Of a stretch of 64,000 nucleotides of DNA, positions 1 to 8,995 are shown piece after piece. The position numbers and the translations under genes were made by a program. This stretch comes from Eubacteriales bacterium (lineage in GTDB: Bacteria > Bacillota > Clostridia > Oscillospirales > CAG-382), in contig JAZNZY010000005.1 in the NCBI GenBank assembly GCA_045595165.1, positions 22,945 through 86,944 of the forward strand. Reading direction: 5' to 3'. Below the pieces are notes generated by a model. It was not told the DNA's origin. It made no database searches and saw nothing but the letters and a program-made list of their open reading frames with translations. Every line of letters starts with the position of its first letter. Position 1 is the stretch's first letter.

Positions 1-1031
1 TCTGCGCAAAGCACGCCGCAGCCCTTTTCACGGGCGGCAGAGATCATATCAAAGGATACGGAAACCGTCTTTGCGATAGGCTTTAACGCCACCGCTTTAT
101 AGCCCATTTCTATACGCTTTTTAACGTCCGCAACCGAGTGGGCGGATTCGTCCGCATTGAATACGTAGGGGTAATCCCCAACGAAAAACTCTTTTTCTGC
201 GGAAAAGGGCTCTTCGATAAGTGCGATACGGTCGGCTGCGCCGATCTTTTCTATTCCTTCAAGTAAGGTTTCAAGACGGGAAAGAGTATCGTATCTGCCG
301 TTTGCATCAAGATAATACATCACCTTGCCGTTTTTGGTAAGGGGTGTGAAAACATCCCCCACTATATTATGTATGGCGGATATTCTTTCAATATCCTTAC
401 CCACCATAACACGCATATCCTCTTCACTGCCCGGTGTTTCGCCGGAGGGTGCGCCTATTTTTATCTTCATAAGCGCCGTGCCGGTTTCGGCAAGCCGCTT
501 TACATCGGTCAGGGACACGCCGTAGGAAACAAGCGGTATGCGGGCAAGGCTTTGGTGGCAGGCGTTCATAGCGGTTTTTGCCTTCCCGGGCACCATATCC
601 TCAAACCGTTTTACCCCGTTTTTCCGGCACCATACCGACCACAAGGCGATATCCACACCCACGAGAGAATTTAAAATAAAGGTTTCCGCCACGTCAAATC
701 CCGTAAGTGAATGGGCGTATTTTTTAAGCTCGGGCAAAATGGCGGGAACAATCTCATTCGGTGTATTAAAGGACATTCCCTCTAAAATTTCACAGGCTTT
801 TTGGGTAACAGAAAGCATTATCCCGTCACCTTTTTCACCGGGGAAAGCGTTAAACACCTTGGGGTCCGACCAAAGGACACTTTGCGTGCAGGGAGAAACG
901 GCAGTGTATCCGTCACACTCAATTTTCACCACGCTTTGCCAAAGCTGTGTAAGGTATCCCCCTTTAAATCCGAAAGGGGACAAAAGCGCTTCTTTAACGT
1001 GGGTCAGCTTACATTTTTGTATTTTCAGCAT
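1..1031 (-). CDS. enolase-superfamily enzyme (mandelate racemase/muconate-lactonizing, dipeptide-epimerase-like); 3' end runs off the window
   Basis: Own translation of the minus strand from ATG at 1031; it is absent from the ORF track because there is no stop in the window. Sequence starts MLKIQKCKLTHVKEALLSPFGFKGGY. Motifs KIKIG, LDANGRY, IEEPF and NADES occur in MR/MLE order. The start overlaps the coaD stop by 23 nt. Confidence 0.7.
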   Translation of the reverse strand, partial: MLKIQKCKLTHVKEALLSPFGFKGGYLTQLWQSVVKIECDGYTAVSPCTQSVLWSDPKVFNAFPGEKGDGIMLSVTQKACEILEGMSFNTPNEIVPAILPELKKYAHSLTGFDVAETFILNSLVGVDIALWSVWCRKNGVKRFEDMVPGKAKTAMNACHQSLARIPLVSYGVSLTDVKRLAETGTALMKIKIGAPSGETPGSEEDMRVMVGKDIERISAIHNIVGDVFTPLTKNGKVMYYLDANGRYDTLSRLETLLEGIEKIGAADRIALIEEPFSAEKEFFVGDYPYVFNADESAHSVADVKKRIEMGYKAVALKPIAKTVSVSFDMISAAREKGCGVLCA

Positions 1032-1485
1032 AAAATTCCTCCGTCATACGAGGTGCGGGACAAAAAGAGGAAATATCCTCTCTCCGCATAAGACGTTCTC
1101 TTACCAGAGTGGAGCTGATATTTTCAAATTCTTCCTTTGCGGGAAGCATTACGGTCACAGCGTTACAGCGGGCGGAATTGTACTGCGCCTGCAGTGTTTC
1201 GTATTCCATATCCCCTCTCCGCACGCCTTTTACGATATGAGTGAAGTTTTGCTCATTACAAAGCTCATACAGCATTCCTTCCCAAATTATAACGGGAATA
1301 TCCGTCCCTTCAAGAGCTTTTTCCAGCATAGCCTTTTTTTGCTCGGGGGAAAAGAGATACTTTTTTTCAGCGTTAAAAAGTATCCCCACGGTTACGTCCC
1401 CGTAAAGCTGTTTTGCGCGGAGAATGATATCCAAATGCCCGTTGGTTACGGGATCATAGCTTCCGGGCAATATTGCCTTTGCCAT
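1009..1485 (-). CDS. coaD: phosphopantetheine adenylyltransferase
   Basis: PGSYDPVTNGHLDII nucleotidyltransferase motif. Start refined to MAKAILPG (ATG 1485), 2 nt after the rsmD stop. Confidence 0.9.
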   Translation of the reverse strand: MAKAILPGSYDPVTNGHLDIILRAKQLYGDVTVGILFNAEKKYLFSPEQKKAMLEKALEGTDIPVIIWEGMLYELCNEQNFTHIVKGVRRGDMEYETLQAQYNSARCNAVTVMLPAKEEFENISSTLVRERLMRREDISSFCPAPRMTEEFYAENTKM

Positions 1486-1487
1486 TT

Positions 1488-2030
1488 TTAATTCCTTCTC
1501 ATTACCGTAACGGCAACGCTTCCGTAGCGGTAACCCTTGCACTCCCATCCGTCGGGAGGGACGGGAACACCATCTTGGGCGGATTCAGCGATAATAATGC
1601 AATCCTCTTCAAGAATATCCGTTTGGAACATACGCTTTAAAACTTCGTCTATAAAACCTTCTTTATAGGGAGGATCGAGAAAAACGAGGGAAAACTTTTG
1701 CTTTCCGTCCGCCATACGGAGATAATCCTTCCAATCTGCGGTAACTATACGGCAATCGGGCAGAAGCTTTGTTTTTGCGGCGTTGTTGCGTATAACCTCT
1801 GTAGCGGCGCGAGAGGAATCCACGATAACTGCGCTCGCCGCGCCTCTGGAAAGGGCTTCCAACGCCAACTGACCGCATCCGCCGAAAAGATCCAGCACGG
1901 TTCTGTCCCCGATATCAAATTGAATTGCGGAAAAAATAGCCTCTTTTACCTTTTCCGAAGTGGGACGTGTTGCCTCTCCGGGAAGGGTGGTAAGACGTGC
2001 GCCTCTGGCTTTTCCGGTTATAATTCTCAT
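1488..2030 (-). CDS. rsmD: 16S rRNA (guanine966-N2)-methyltransferase
   Basis: MRIITGKARG N-terminus, DLFGGCGQLALEALSRGA SAM-binding site, DPPY motif. 4-nt overlap with uvrC. Confidence 0.85.
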   Translation of the reverse strand: MRIITGKARGARLTTLPGEATRPTSEKVKEAIFSAIQFDIGDRTVLDLFGGCGQLALEALSRGAASAVIVDSSRAATEVIRNNAAKTKLLPDCRIVTADWKDYLRMADGKQKFSLVFLDPPYKEGFIDEVLKRMFQTDILEEDCIIIAESAQDGVPVPPDGWECKGYRYGSVAVTVMRRN

Positions 2031-3832
2031 TTTTTATCTCCTTCAAAATAACTTATAATACTGTCTGCCGTCTTTTCGCTTAAGCCCTTGACCTTTAAGA
2101 GCTCCTCCCTGGTTGCCTGCTTTACGGCTTTATAGGAGCCGAAATGCCCGAGAATAGAAGCGGCGGTCTTTTCTCCTACCCCTTTTATAGCGGTGAGAGA
2201 GCTTGCGCTTACGGATTTACGGCGTTTTTTATCCATTCTATCAAGAGAAAATCTGTGGACTTCCTCTTGTATGCGGTATATGAACACGAAAAGATCCTGT
2301 CTTGCGGTAAGACCGATCTCGTTTTCTCCGTCGGTAAGAGATCGGGTTTTGTGATGCTCGTCCTTTATCATACCGAACACGGGTATGTGGGACAGTCCCT
2401 TGGAAGCGAGAACTCTTTTTGCTACGGCAACGTGCTGAACACCGCCGTCCATAAGCAGCAGATCGGGCGCATCCCATTCGCTGTGGGAAAACCTGCGCAA
2501 AAGCGCTTCTTCCGTTGCGCCGTAGTCGTTTTGGGCGAATTCTTTTATATTAAAGGTGCGGTAATGCTTTTTTGCAAACCGACCGTTTATAAGCACGGTC
2601 ATACCCGCGGTAGTATATTCTTCCCCCGAATTTGAAATATCAAAAGCCTCTATACGCTCAGGCACGGTTTCAAGCATAAGGAAAGAGGCAAGATTTGCAA
2701 GTACAGCAACGTCCTTTTCCTCCGCTTTGCGCTTGTGCAAAAGCAGTTCCTTGGCATTTGTCTGTGCCATTTCCGCAAGGGTCTTTTTATCCCCTCTGCG
2801 GGCAATTCTCAAATTTACTTTAAGACCGGAAAACTCCTTTGCCCACTGCTCGAAAAGATCAATATCTCCGTTTTCCAATTCAAAGGTAGTGTAAATATCC
2901 TTTGGAATATATCCGCGAAGGGTGTACAGCCGCTGAAGTAAAGAAACAACGGCAGAAGAATCCAATATCTCGTCTGCGCCGAAATACAGACACTCTCTAT
3001 CCGCAATAGCGCCGCGGCGAACGAAAAACAGGTTTACGGCGGAGCCCAGATCATCACGGTAAACGCCGATAAAATCTCCCTCAAACTCGGGTGCTCCTAC
3101 GATATGCTGTTTATCCCCCAAACGCTTTACGGCGTTTATACGGTCACGGTACTTAGCGGCACGCTCGTAATACATTTCCTCTGCCGCCGCGTTCATTTTC
3201 TCAGTCAATGACTTGATCAAAAAGGCATATTCACCGTTTAAAAAACGAGAAAGCTCTGAAAATATCTCTTTATATTCCCCGCTGCTTACGTTGCCCGAGC
3301 AAGGCGCCACACAAAGCCCTATCTGTGCGTTAAGACAAGGTCTTTGCTTGCCGATATCCTTGGGGAAAACACGGTTGCAGGTAGGAATACCGAAGGTGCG
3401 GCGGGCGGTATCCGCTATATTGCGCGCCACAACGTAAGAGGAAAAGGGGCCGAAATAACGGGCTTTATCATCCTCCCGCTTATACACGGTAACAAGGCGG
3501 GGGTACTCTTCATCGGTAATTTTAAGATAAGGATAGCCCGAGGAATCCTTAAGCTTTATATTATATCTGGGCATATACTGCTTTATAAACGAATTCTCAA
3601 GCAGTAATGCCTCCAGCTCGGTATCGGTATGATATACCTCAAAATCGTGGACGGAAGCCACCATACGGGCAGTCTTTCCCGTATGTGTCTGGGCAAAATA
3701 GGAGCTTACACGGTTGCAAAGCGCCTTGGATTTACCCACGTAAATGACCTTGCCTGCGCGGGAACGCATTATATACACGCCGGGAGAAGCCGGAAGCAGG
3801 CGCGCTTTTTCCAGTAATTGCTCTTTGGTCAT
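2027..3832 (-). CDS. uvrC: excinuclease ABC subunit C
   Basis: GIY-YIG N-terminus (GVYIMRSRAGKVIYVGKS), UvrBC and endonuclease regions, C-terminal HhH (IKGVGEKTAASIL). 601 aa. Confidence 0.95.
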   Translation of the reverse strand: MTKEQLLEKARLLPASPGVYIMRSRAGKVIYVGKSKALCNRVSSYFAQTHTGKTARMVASVHDFEVYHTDTELEALLLENSFIKQYMPRYNIKLKDSSGYPYLKITDEEYPRLVTVYKREDDKARYFGPFSSYVVARNIADTARRTFGIPTCNRVFPKDIGKQRPCLNAQIGLCVAPCSGNVSSGEYKEIFSELSRFLNGEYAFLIKSLTEKMNAAAEEMYYERAAKYRDRINAVKRLGDKQHIVGAPEFEGDFIGVYRDDLGSAVNLFFVRRGAIADRECLYFGADEILDSSAVVSLLQRLYTLRGYIPKDIYTTFELENGDIDLFEQWAKEFSGLKVNLRIARRGDKKTLAEMAQTNAKELLLHKRKAEEKDVAVLANLASFLMLETVPERIEAFDISNSGEEYTTAGMTVLINGRFAKKHYRTFNIKEFAQNDYGATEEALLRRFSHSEWDAPDLLLMDGGVQHVAVAKRVLASKGLSHIPVFGMIKDEHHKTRSLTDGENEIGLTARQDLFVFIYRIQEEVHRFSLDRMDKKRRKSVSASSLTAIKGVGEKTAASILGHFGSYKAVKQATREELLKVKGLSEKTADSIISYFEGDKK

Positions 3833-3852
3833 AGGCGGAGTCCTTTTTTAAG

Positions 3853-3886
3853 ATAAAAAAACAAACGGGAGGGGCAAGCCCCTCCC
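3853..3886 (-). terminator. rho-independent terminator after ptsH
   Basis: GGGAGGGG-cttg-CCCCTCCC followed by GTTTGTTTTTTT on the minus strand. Confidence 0.8.
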
Positions 3887-3921
3887 CCTGAAAGTTGAGA
3901 TGACAGTATTTACTTAAAAGC

Positions 3922-4185
3922 TTAATCGGCAAAACCGCTGAGTATTAGAGAGCAAAGTCCCTCGATTGCCTCGTTTTCGTCTATGCCGTCTGCAATGAGT
4001 GTAACAGAATCACCCTGACGAACGCCAAGGGAAAGTACGCCCAGCAAGCTCTTTGCATTTGCGCGGCGTGAGTTGTTTTCTATCCACACGGAGCATCTGT
4101 ATGAGTTTGCTTTCTGTATAAAGAAAGTGGCAGGGCGGGCGTGAAGTCCCACGCTGTTAACCAATGTTATCTCCTTTGAAAGCAT
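3922..4185 (-). CDS. ptsH: phosphocarrier protein HPr
   Basis: 87 aa. His15 context VGLHARPA; Ser46 context AKSLLGVLSLG. Confidence 0.9.
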   Translation of the reverse strand: MLSKEITLVNSVGLHARPATFFIQKANSYRCSVWIENNSRRANAKSLLGVLSLGVRQGDSVTLIADGIDENEAIEGLCSLILSGFAD

Positions 4186-4223
4186 TATATATTCCTCCGT
4201 AAAATAAACTAATATAATAAAGT

Positions 4224-4252
4224 ATTATAATTCAAAAGGGTGCTGTTGTCAA
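4224..4252 (-). promoter_or_regulatory. sigma-A-type promoter of ptsH
   Basis: Minus strand reads TTGACA-17 nt-TATAAT (perfect consensus), about 40 nt upstream of the ptsH ATG. Confidence 0.75.
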
Positions 4253-4255
4253 GCA

Positions 4256-4783
4256 TTATTTTGAGGTATTCAGCTCTGAAGTTTCCTCATTCGCCGTTTT
4301 TTCCGCGTTTTCCTTGTGGGTTACGGATTTCACGGTGAGATCAAACGCTATAAGACTTCCTTCTGCAGAGATAACGTCCCCTGCGGAAATAACTCTTCCG
4401 TCCTCGAGAGAATATACTCCGTCACGATAATATCCTTCCACGGTAAGAGTGCCGAAAACCACGCTTTTTTCAAGCTCTACGTCCTCTTCATAGCTTCCGT
4501 CTTCCATTTGTACCAGCACGGGAGCAAGGGTCTTTGAAAGATTATCTGCTTTTCCAAGCAAAATATCCGTCCCTGCGATATAAATATTATCGCCCTTGGC
4601 GAAATAACTGTAAAACAGAGTGGACATAGGCTCGCTTTCGAAGGTGATCTCCATAGTAACCGTTTCCTCTCCCGAAACAAGACGGATAATATCCGCGCGG
4701 AAGAACGCACCTGCGATTATGGCTACCACCAAAATGATTATTACAAGATCAAGCACGTTGATCTTTTTAAGCTTATTCTTCAT
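4256..4783 (-). CDS. single-pass membrane protein, DUF4330-like (paralog of the next gene)
   Basis: N-terminal KKINVLDLVIIILVVAIIAG anchor followed by a beta-rich ectodomain. 11-nt overlap with the upstream gene. Family name is from memory. Confidence 0.6.
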   Translation of the reverse strand: MKNKLKKINVLDLVIIILVVAIIAGAFFRADIIRLVSGEETVTMEITFESEPMSTLFYSYFAKGDNIYIAGTDILLGKADNLSKTLAPVLVQMEDGSYEEDVELEKSVVFGTLTVEGYYRDGVYSLEDGRVISAGDVISAEGSLIAFDLTVKSVTHKENAEKTANEETSELNTSK

Positions 4784-5264
4784 CTGACTTTACCTCCGTA
4801 ATACCGGAAAAATATCCATCGGCGGAAAAGCCGTTTATATAAAACTGAACGTCGCCGTTAACCTTTATATCCACGTCATTAACGGAATATCCGCGGGATG
4901 CGGACACGGCGTCGATCTCCACTGTCAAAACGATACGGCTGTGATCGGGAACGTCAACCGTAACCAAGGGCCAGCGATTATCGCTGTCCACGCGGGTATC
5001 TGCATACACCTGTGTCGCCTTGGCTGTGTAGGATTTTGTAACCGTACCGATAAGATCTCCGTCAGAAGTATACAGCTTGTCCCCTTCGTTGATAGGAACG
5101 ATGATATCGTTGGGAACACAGTCGGCAACCACAGTTACACGTATTTTCTCCGTGCCCCAGCTCACTTCGGAAATATTTTTTACTCCCAAAAAGACGAAGA
5201 TAGCAACGAACGCAACTATAATGATAGCATCAAGCGCATTAAAAACCTTTTTATTCAATTTCAT
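4773..5264 (-). CDS. single-pass membrane protein, DUF4330-like
   Basis: KKVFNALDAIIIVAFVAIFVF anchor plus beta-rich domain. 4-nt overlap with the upstream membrane-protein gene. Confidence 0.6.
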   Translation of the reverse strand: MKLNKKVFNALDAIIIVAFVAIFVFLGVKNISEVSWGTEKIRVTVVADCVPNDIIVPINEGDKLYTSDGDLIGTVTKSYTAKATQVYADTRVDSDNRWPLVTVDVPDHSRIVLTVEIDAVSASRGYSVNDVDIKVNGDVQFYINGFSADGYFSGITEVKSDEE

Positions 5265-7021
5265 ATTTCCTCGCCTGCCTCTCTGTCATAAATTCTGGGA
5301 AGGCTGCATAAGCAGCCGCAAACTGCCGAAAACAATAAAACGTTTTCCCATTCGCTCCATAACCCGCCGAAAAATCCGCACAGCAAAACAGAGCAAAGGA
5401 TCGCCACCGCCGAAGCGGAGGAATATCTGAACCGACCGGATATCCTGCCCGACACCGCAAAAATCCCTCGGCGCAGTACAAGAACAACGGCAACGGCAAA
5501 CAACAGGAGCAAAAGTATTCCGCCCGATATTATCAATGACGAATACAGATCGGATTGGACGGCTGAGCCGTAGCCCGCACTTCGGAAAGCAAAGGTAAAC
5601 GCCTTGTCGCCGAATCCCACGCCGGAAAAGAGATATTTCCACGCCGTGCGGGATGCGGCAGCAAAAACGGGGATCCCCGTGAACAGCTCACCTTTTATTA
5701 TTCCCGTACCGAACAGCACCAATACCGCTCCGCAGGAAACTGCGGCACCGAAAACAATACCCATACGCTTACGGAATGTGGATATAAGATACAGCGCGGT
5801 AGTGCATATGACCGCAAGATACATCCATTCCGAAAAGGTGAGCGCCGCCGCCGTATATATGGCGATACAGCAAAAAGTGCCGGATGAAAATACTCCGCGG
5901 GAAAAGGCGGTGGAAAGCGCCGCAGGCAATAAAACGGGAAGAAGTGAAGCGTATATGCTTTTTCCCGCAATATATTTGCCGAATTCTCCCAGCTCGCCGG
6001 GGAACAGATATGCAAAGATGCAACACAACGCAAGTATTAAAGCGCCGCTGCTCACAGCGCTCATAAGGCGGTAAAGCTGATCTCCGCTTCTTATGAGATT
6101 TGCACAAAGTATATACAAAACGGCTACCGTAAATACGATGATGCCGAAGTTTTCAATTCCAAAAGGTGTTACCGTTCCTACAACAAACGCAAAAACGGTA
6201 AAGAGCAAAACAAAAATATCCGCCGCGGTAAAATAAAAGTTTCGTTTTCCCACAAGCAGCTTGAACAGATAGCTTATTCCCGCCGTGAGAGCCACAAAGG
6301 CTGATACTGCAGGGGGAACGAAGGGAAGCAAAAACAACGAAATATATAATCCTCCCTCGGGAGAATATATTATAACTCCAACTGCGGCAAGCGCCAAAAG
6401 CACCAAAAGTATCTTTAACGGGGAAACAAAAAAACCGAGAATACCCGCAACGGTACCAAACAGCACCGCCCAAGCCAAACGCTTTTTGGGAGGGCGTTTT
6501 TCGTTAAGGGCAAAAGAGCTTACCCCAAACATTTCCTGCGCTACGTACGATGTAAGCGCGCTGTCACCGATACAGGTGATAAGACTGCGGCGGAAGGGCA
6601 TGAGCAACAATCCCGAAAAAGCGATAACCGCAGAATATATGAGGGAAAACATATCCTCGCCCCGTCCTGCGTAAATCTTTATGAAATACGCCGCGGCGGA
6701 ATATAACCCCGTAAAAAACAAAAACACTCCGAAACTGCCTACGGAGGTATCAAGCAAGGCTCTGCAAAGAGAAGCCGCTATGGACACAACTCGGCTCTGC
6801 TCGGCGCAAACTGCGCAAAAAGCGCGTACGCGGGAAGCCGCCTTTGCTGCTTTGTTGTATAAAGAGCCCAACGCACTGCGGGTAAACAGTGCGTCCTCTT
6901 TTAAAAGGGTGCCGTTGCCGTTATCGGCAGACACGCCATTACCGGAAAAAAAGCGCGACCAAATACGGCTCCCGCCTGTGAGCCGTGCAATATACGAGCC
7001 GATCTTGCCGCGTTTTTTCAT
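5261..7021 (-). CDS. large polytopic membrane protein (O-antigen-ligase/Wzy-like?)
   Basis: 586 aa with many hydrophobic segments. Start refined to MKKRGKIGSY (ATG 7021), which overlaps the trmD stop as ATGA. The function guess is weak. Confidence 0.55.
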   Translation of the reverse strand: MKKRGKIGSYIARLTGGSRIWSRFFSGNGVSADNGNGTLLKEDALFTRSALGSLYNKAAKAASRVRAFCAVCAEQSRVVSIAASLCRALLDTSVGSFGVFLFFTGLYSAAAYFIKIYAGRGEDMFSLIYSAVIAFSGLLLMPFRRSLITCIGDSALTSYVAQEMFGVSSFALNEKRPPKKRLAWAVLFGTVAGILGFFVSPLKILLVLLALAAVGVIIYSPEGGLYISLFLLPFVPPAVSAFVALTAGISYLFKLLVGKRNFYFTAADIFVLLFTVFAFVVGTVTPFGIENFGIIVFTVAVLYILCANLIRSGDQLYRLMSAVSSGALILALCCIFAYLFPGELGEFGKYIAGKSIYASLLPVLLPAALSTAFSRGVFSSGTFCCIAIYTAAALTFSEWMYLAVICTTALYLISTFRKRMGIVFGAAVSCGAVLVLFGTGIIKGELFTGIPVFAAASRTAWKYLFSGVGFGDKAFTFAFRSAGYGSAVQSDLYSSLIISGGILLLLLFAVAVVLVLRRGIFAVSGRISGRFRYSSASAVAILCSVLLCGFFGGLWSEWENVLLFSAVCGCLCSLPRIYDREAGEEI

Positions 7022-7719
7022 TGCTTCTTTTCCTCGTTTTCCGACTTTATAAGGTCGGGACGCTTCTTTTTGGTGCGAAGCAGGGATTGCTCCGCCTGCC
7101 ATTTTTTAATTTCGGCGTGGTTTCCGTTTACCAACACCTCAGGCACCTCCAGCCCCTCAAAAACGCGGGGTCGGGTGTACTGGGGATACTCCAGAAGTCC
7201 ATCCGATAAACTTTCTTTTTCATAACATTCGGGGTCTTTAAGCACGCCCTCCAGCAGTCTTGCGGTGGCATCCACCACGATCTCTGCGGCGATCTCTCCC
7301 CCCGTGAGGACGTAATCTCCGATAGAGATTTCCTCGTCTATTTCCAGCTCGATAACGCGCTCGTCAATACCTTCGTAATGACCGCAAAGCAAAATAAGGT
7401 TATCGTACTGCAAAAGCTCCTTCGCCTTCTGTTGGGTAAACAGACTGCCCTGGGGAGAAAAATATATGGTGCGAACGCTTCCGTTAAGACGCTTCTTAAC
7501 GTCCCGAATACAATCAACGATAGGCTGACACGCCATTACAAGACCAAAGCCGCCGCCGTAGGGCGAATCATCCACACGGCGGTGCTTATCTTTGGTATAC
7601 GATCTGATATCGTTTGTATTAAGTGTAAATAATCCTTTTGCACGCGCTCTGCCGATAATGCTCGTATTAAAATAATTATCCAGCATATCGGGGAACAGCG
7701 TAAGTATTTCGTAATGCAA
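7018..7719 (-). CDS. trmD: tRNA (guanine37-N1)-methyltransferase
   Basis: MHYEILTLFPDM, DDSPYGGGFGLVM and CGHYEGIDERV motifs. Confidence 0.95.
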   Translation of the reverse strand: MHYEILTLFPDMLDNYFNTSIIGRARAKGLFTLNTNDIRSYTKDKHRRVDDSPYGGGFGLVMACQPIVDCIRDVKKRLNGSVRTIYFSPQGSLFTQQKAKELLQYDNLILLCGHYEGIDERVIELEIDEEISIGDYVLTGGEIAAEIVVDATARLLEGVLKDPECYEKESLSDGLLEYPQYTRPRVFEGLEVPEVLVNGNHAEIKKWQAEQSLLRTKKKRPDLIKSENEEKKQ

Positions 7720-7724
7720 AAATA

Positions 7725-8225
7725 TCAGCTTCCTATCCTGAGTCCTTCGTCCCTATGGACGTATATGCCCTTTTCAAGATCAACGGACACGATATATCTG
7801 TCCACCGCGGGCATAAGATATTCTTTTTCTTCCCCTGCGATATAATACAAAAATCCGCTGATCGTTTCATCAATACGGGCGAGCCTGCCCATATATTCCT
7901 CCGTATCCGCATCGTACACGGGAAGATCGATAAGATCGTCGTTATAAATTACGTCCGCGGGAAGAGCCGGATCGTAACGGTCAAAATACACCGTCCTGCC
8001 GGTAAGTACCGCGCAGGAGGTACGGTCCTCGTATCCCTCAAAAACTATAGAGGGAATATTGGGACGGTAATTAACTATTTTAAGCTTTTTTTCGCCCTTG
8101 GGATCCAGATAGAGATATTCTACTCCGTCAAGATAATCGGGGCTGTCACACCAGCAGGAAAATTTCAGTTCCCCTTTTATACCGCGGGGAGAATTAAGCC
8201 TGCCTGCTTCCAAAAATCTTTTCAT
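7725..8225 (-). CDS. rimM: 16S rRNA processing protein RimM
   Basis: GRLNSPRGIKGELKF N-terminus and PRC-barrel-like C-terminus. Sits at the operon position between the KH protein and trmD. Confidence 0.9.
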   Translation of the reverse strand: MKRFLEAGRLNSPRGIKGELKFSCWCDSPDYLDGVEYLYLDPKGEKKLKIVNYRPNIPSIVFEGYEDRTSCAVLTGRTVYFDRYDPALPADVIYNDDLIDLPVYDADTEEYMGRLARIDETISGFLYYIAGEEKEYLMPAVDRYIVSVDLEKGIYVHRDEGLRIGS

Positions 8226-8455
8226 TAGTCAACAATATCAACGATAACGCGCTTGTTTTCCTTGGCTGCAGCCGCACGCATAACTACGCGAATGCACTTT
8301 GCGATTCTGCCGCCGCGGCCGATAACCTTGCCCATATCGGACTTGGCAACGGAAAGTTCCAGTATGACCGTATCACCGCTGACTTTTTCTGCAACCGCTA
8401 CCTGATCGGGATGCTCCACGATAGCGGAAGCGATATCAATAAGTGTCTGCTTCAT
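8225..8455 (-). CDS. khpA: KH-domain RNA-binding protein (YlqC/KhpA type)
   Basis: 76 aa with the GKVIGRGGRIAKCIR GXXG KH motif. Located between rpsP and rimM. Confidence 0.85.
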   Translation of the reverse strand: MKQTLIDIASAIVEHPDQVAVAEKVSGDTVILELSVAKSDMGKVIGRGGRIAKCIRVVMRAAAAKENKRVIVDIVD

Positions 8456-8492
8456 CTGATAACCGTCCTTTCAAAAAAATCGGCATATTTCA

Positions 8493-8522
8493 CCCCTGAA
8501 AATCCTTGCGGATTTTCAGAGG
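8493..8522 (-). promoter_or_regulatory. stem-loop downstream of rpsP
   Basis: Minus strand reads CCTCTGAAAATCC-gcaa-GGATTTTCAGGGG (13 bp with one G-U pair, GNRA loop). A U-run appears only 13 nt later. Confidence 0.35.
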
Positions 8523-8537
8523 CTAAAGTTAAATTTC

Positions 8538-8780
8538 TTACTGTACGCCGGTTTTCTTAAGAAGGGCTCTTACGGTATCGGTAGGCTGTGCGCCCTTAGC
8601 GATCCAATCCTTAGCCTTTTCGTTATCGATATTGATAACTGCGGGCTCCTTCATAGGATCATAGTAACCGATCTCCTCGATAAATCTGCCGTTTCTGGGA
8701 TAACGGGAGTCTGCTACTACTACTCTGTAAAAGGGTGCCTTCTTTGCGCCCATTCTTCTGAGTCTGATTTTTACTGCCAT
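8538..8780 (-). CDS. rpsP: 30S ribosomal protein S16
   Basis: [26 protein letters not shown]. Confidence 0.97.
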   Translation of the reverse strand: MAVKIRLRRMGAKKAPFYRVVVADSRYPRNGRFIEEIGYYDPMKEPAVINIDNEKAKDWIAKGAQPTDTVRALLKKTGVQ

Positions 8781-8853
8781 GATGTTTTTCCTCCATAAAG
8801 GTTGTTTTTTATTTTTATTTTTTATTTTTTCTTAATTGGTGGGGTGTTTTTTC

Positions 8854-8947
8854 GGGGTCCCCACAAAAGCGTGTTTTCGTGATATGTTTCGTCCGTTGCC
8901 GGCGTTTCGTGAAACGCCCCTACGTAATCAAAAAACCTTTTGTGGGG
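8854..8947 (+). repeat. GGGGTCCCC-hairpin element, long copy 1a
   Basis: GGGGTCCCCACAAAAGCGTGTTTT ... AATCAAAAAACCTTTTGTGGGG. The ends pair (CCCCACAAAAG/CTTTTGTGGGG) and the core holds an inner hairpin GGCGTTTC-gtg-GAAACGCC. Confidence 0.7.
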
Positions 8948-8957
8948 TGAATATTTC

Positions 8958-8989
8958 GGGGTCCCCACAAAACCTGCGGTTTTGCGGGG
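8958..8989 (+). repeat. GGGGTCCCC-hairpin element, short copy 1b
   Basis: GGGGTCCCCACAAAACC-tgc-GGTTTTGCGGGG. Confidence 0.65.
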
Positions 8990-8995
8990 TGGTAA

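Noticed and set aside
538-1491. 317-aa plus-strand ORF
   Set aside because: It is antisense to the enolase-superfamily gene and coaD, both of which carry clear family motifs. Its translation is Cys/His/Phe-rich with no motif.
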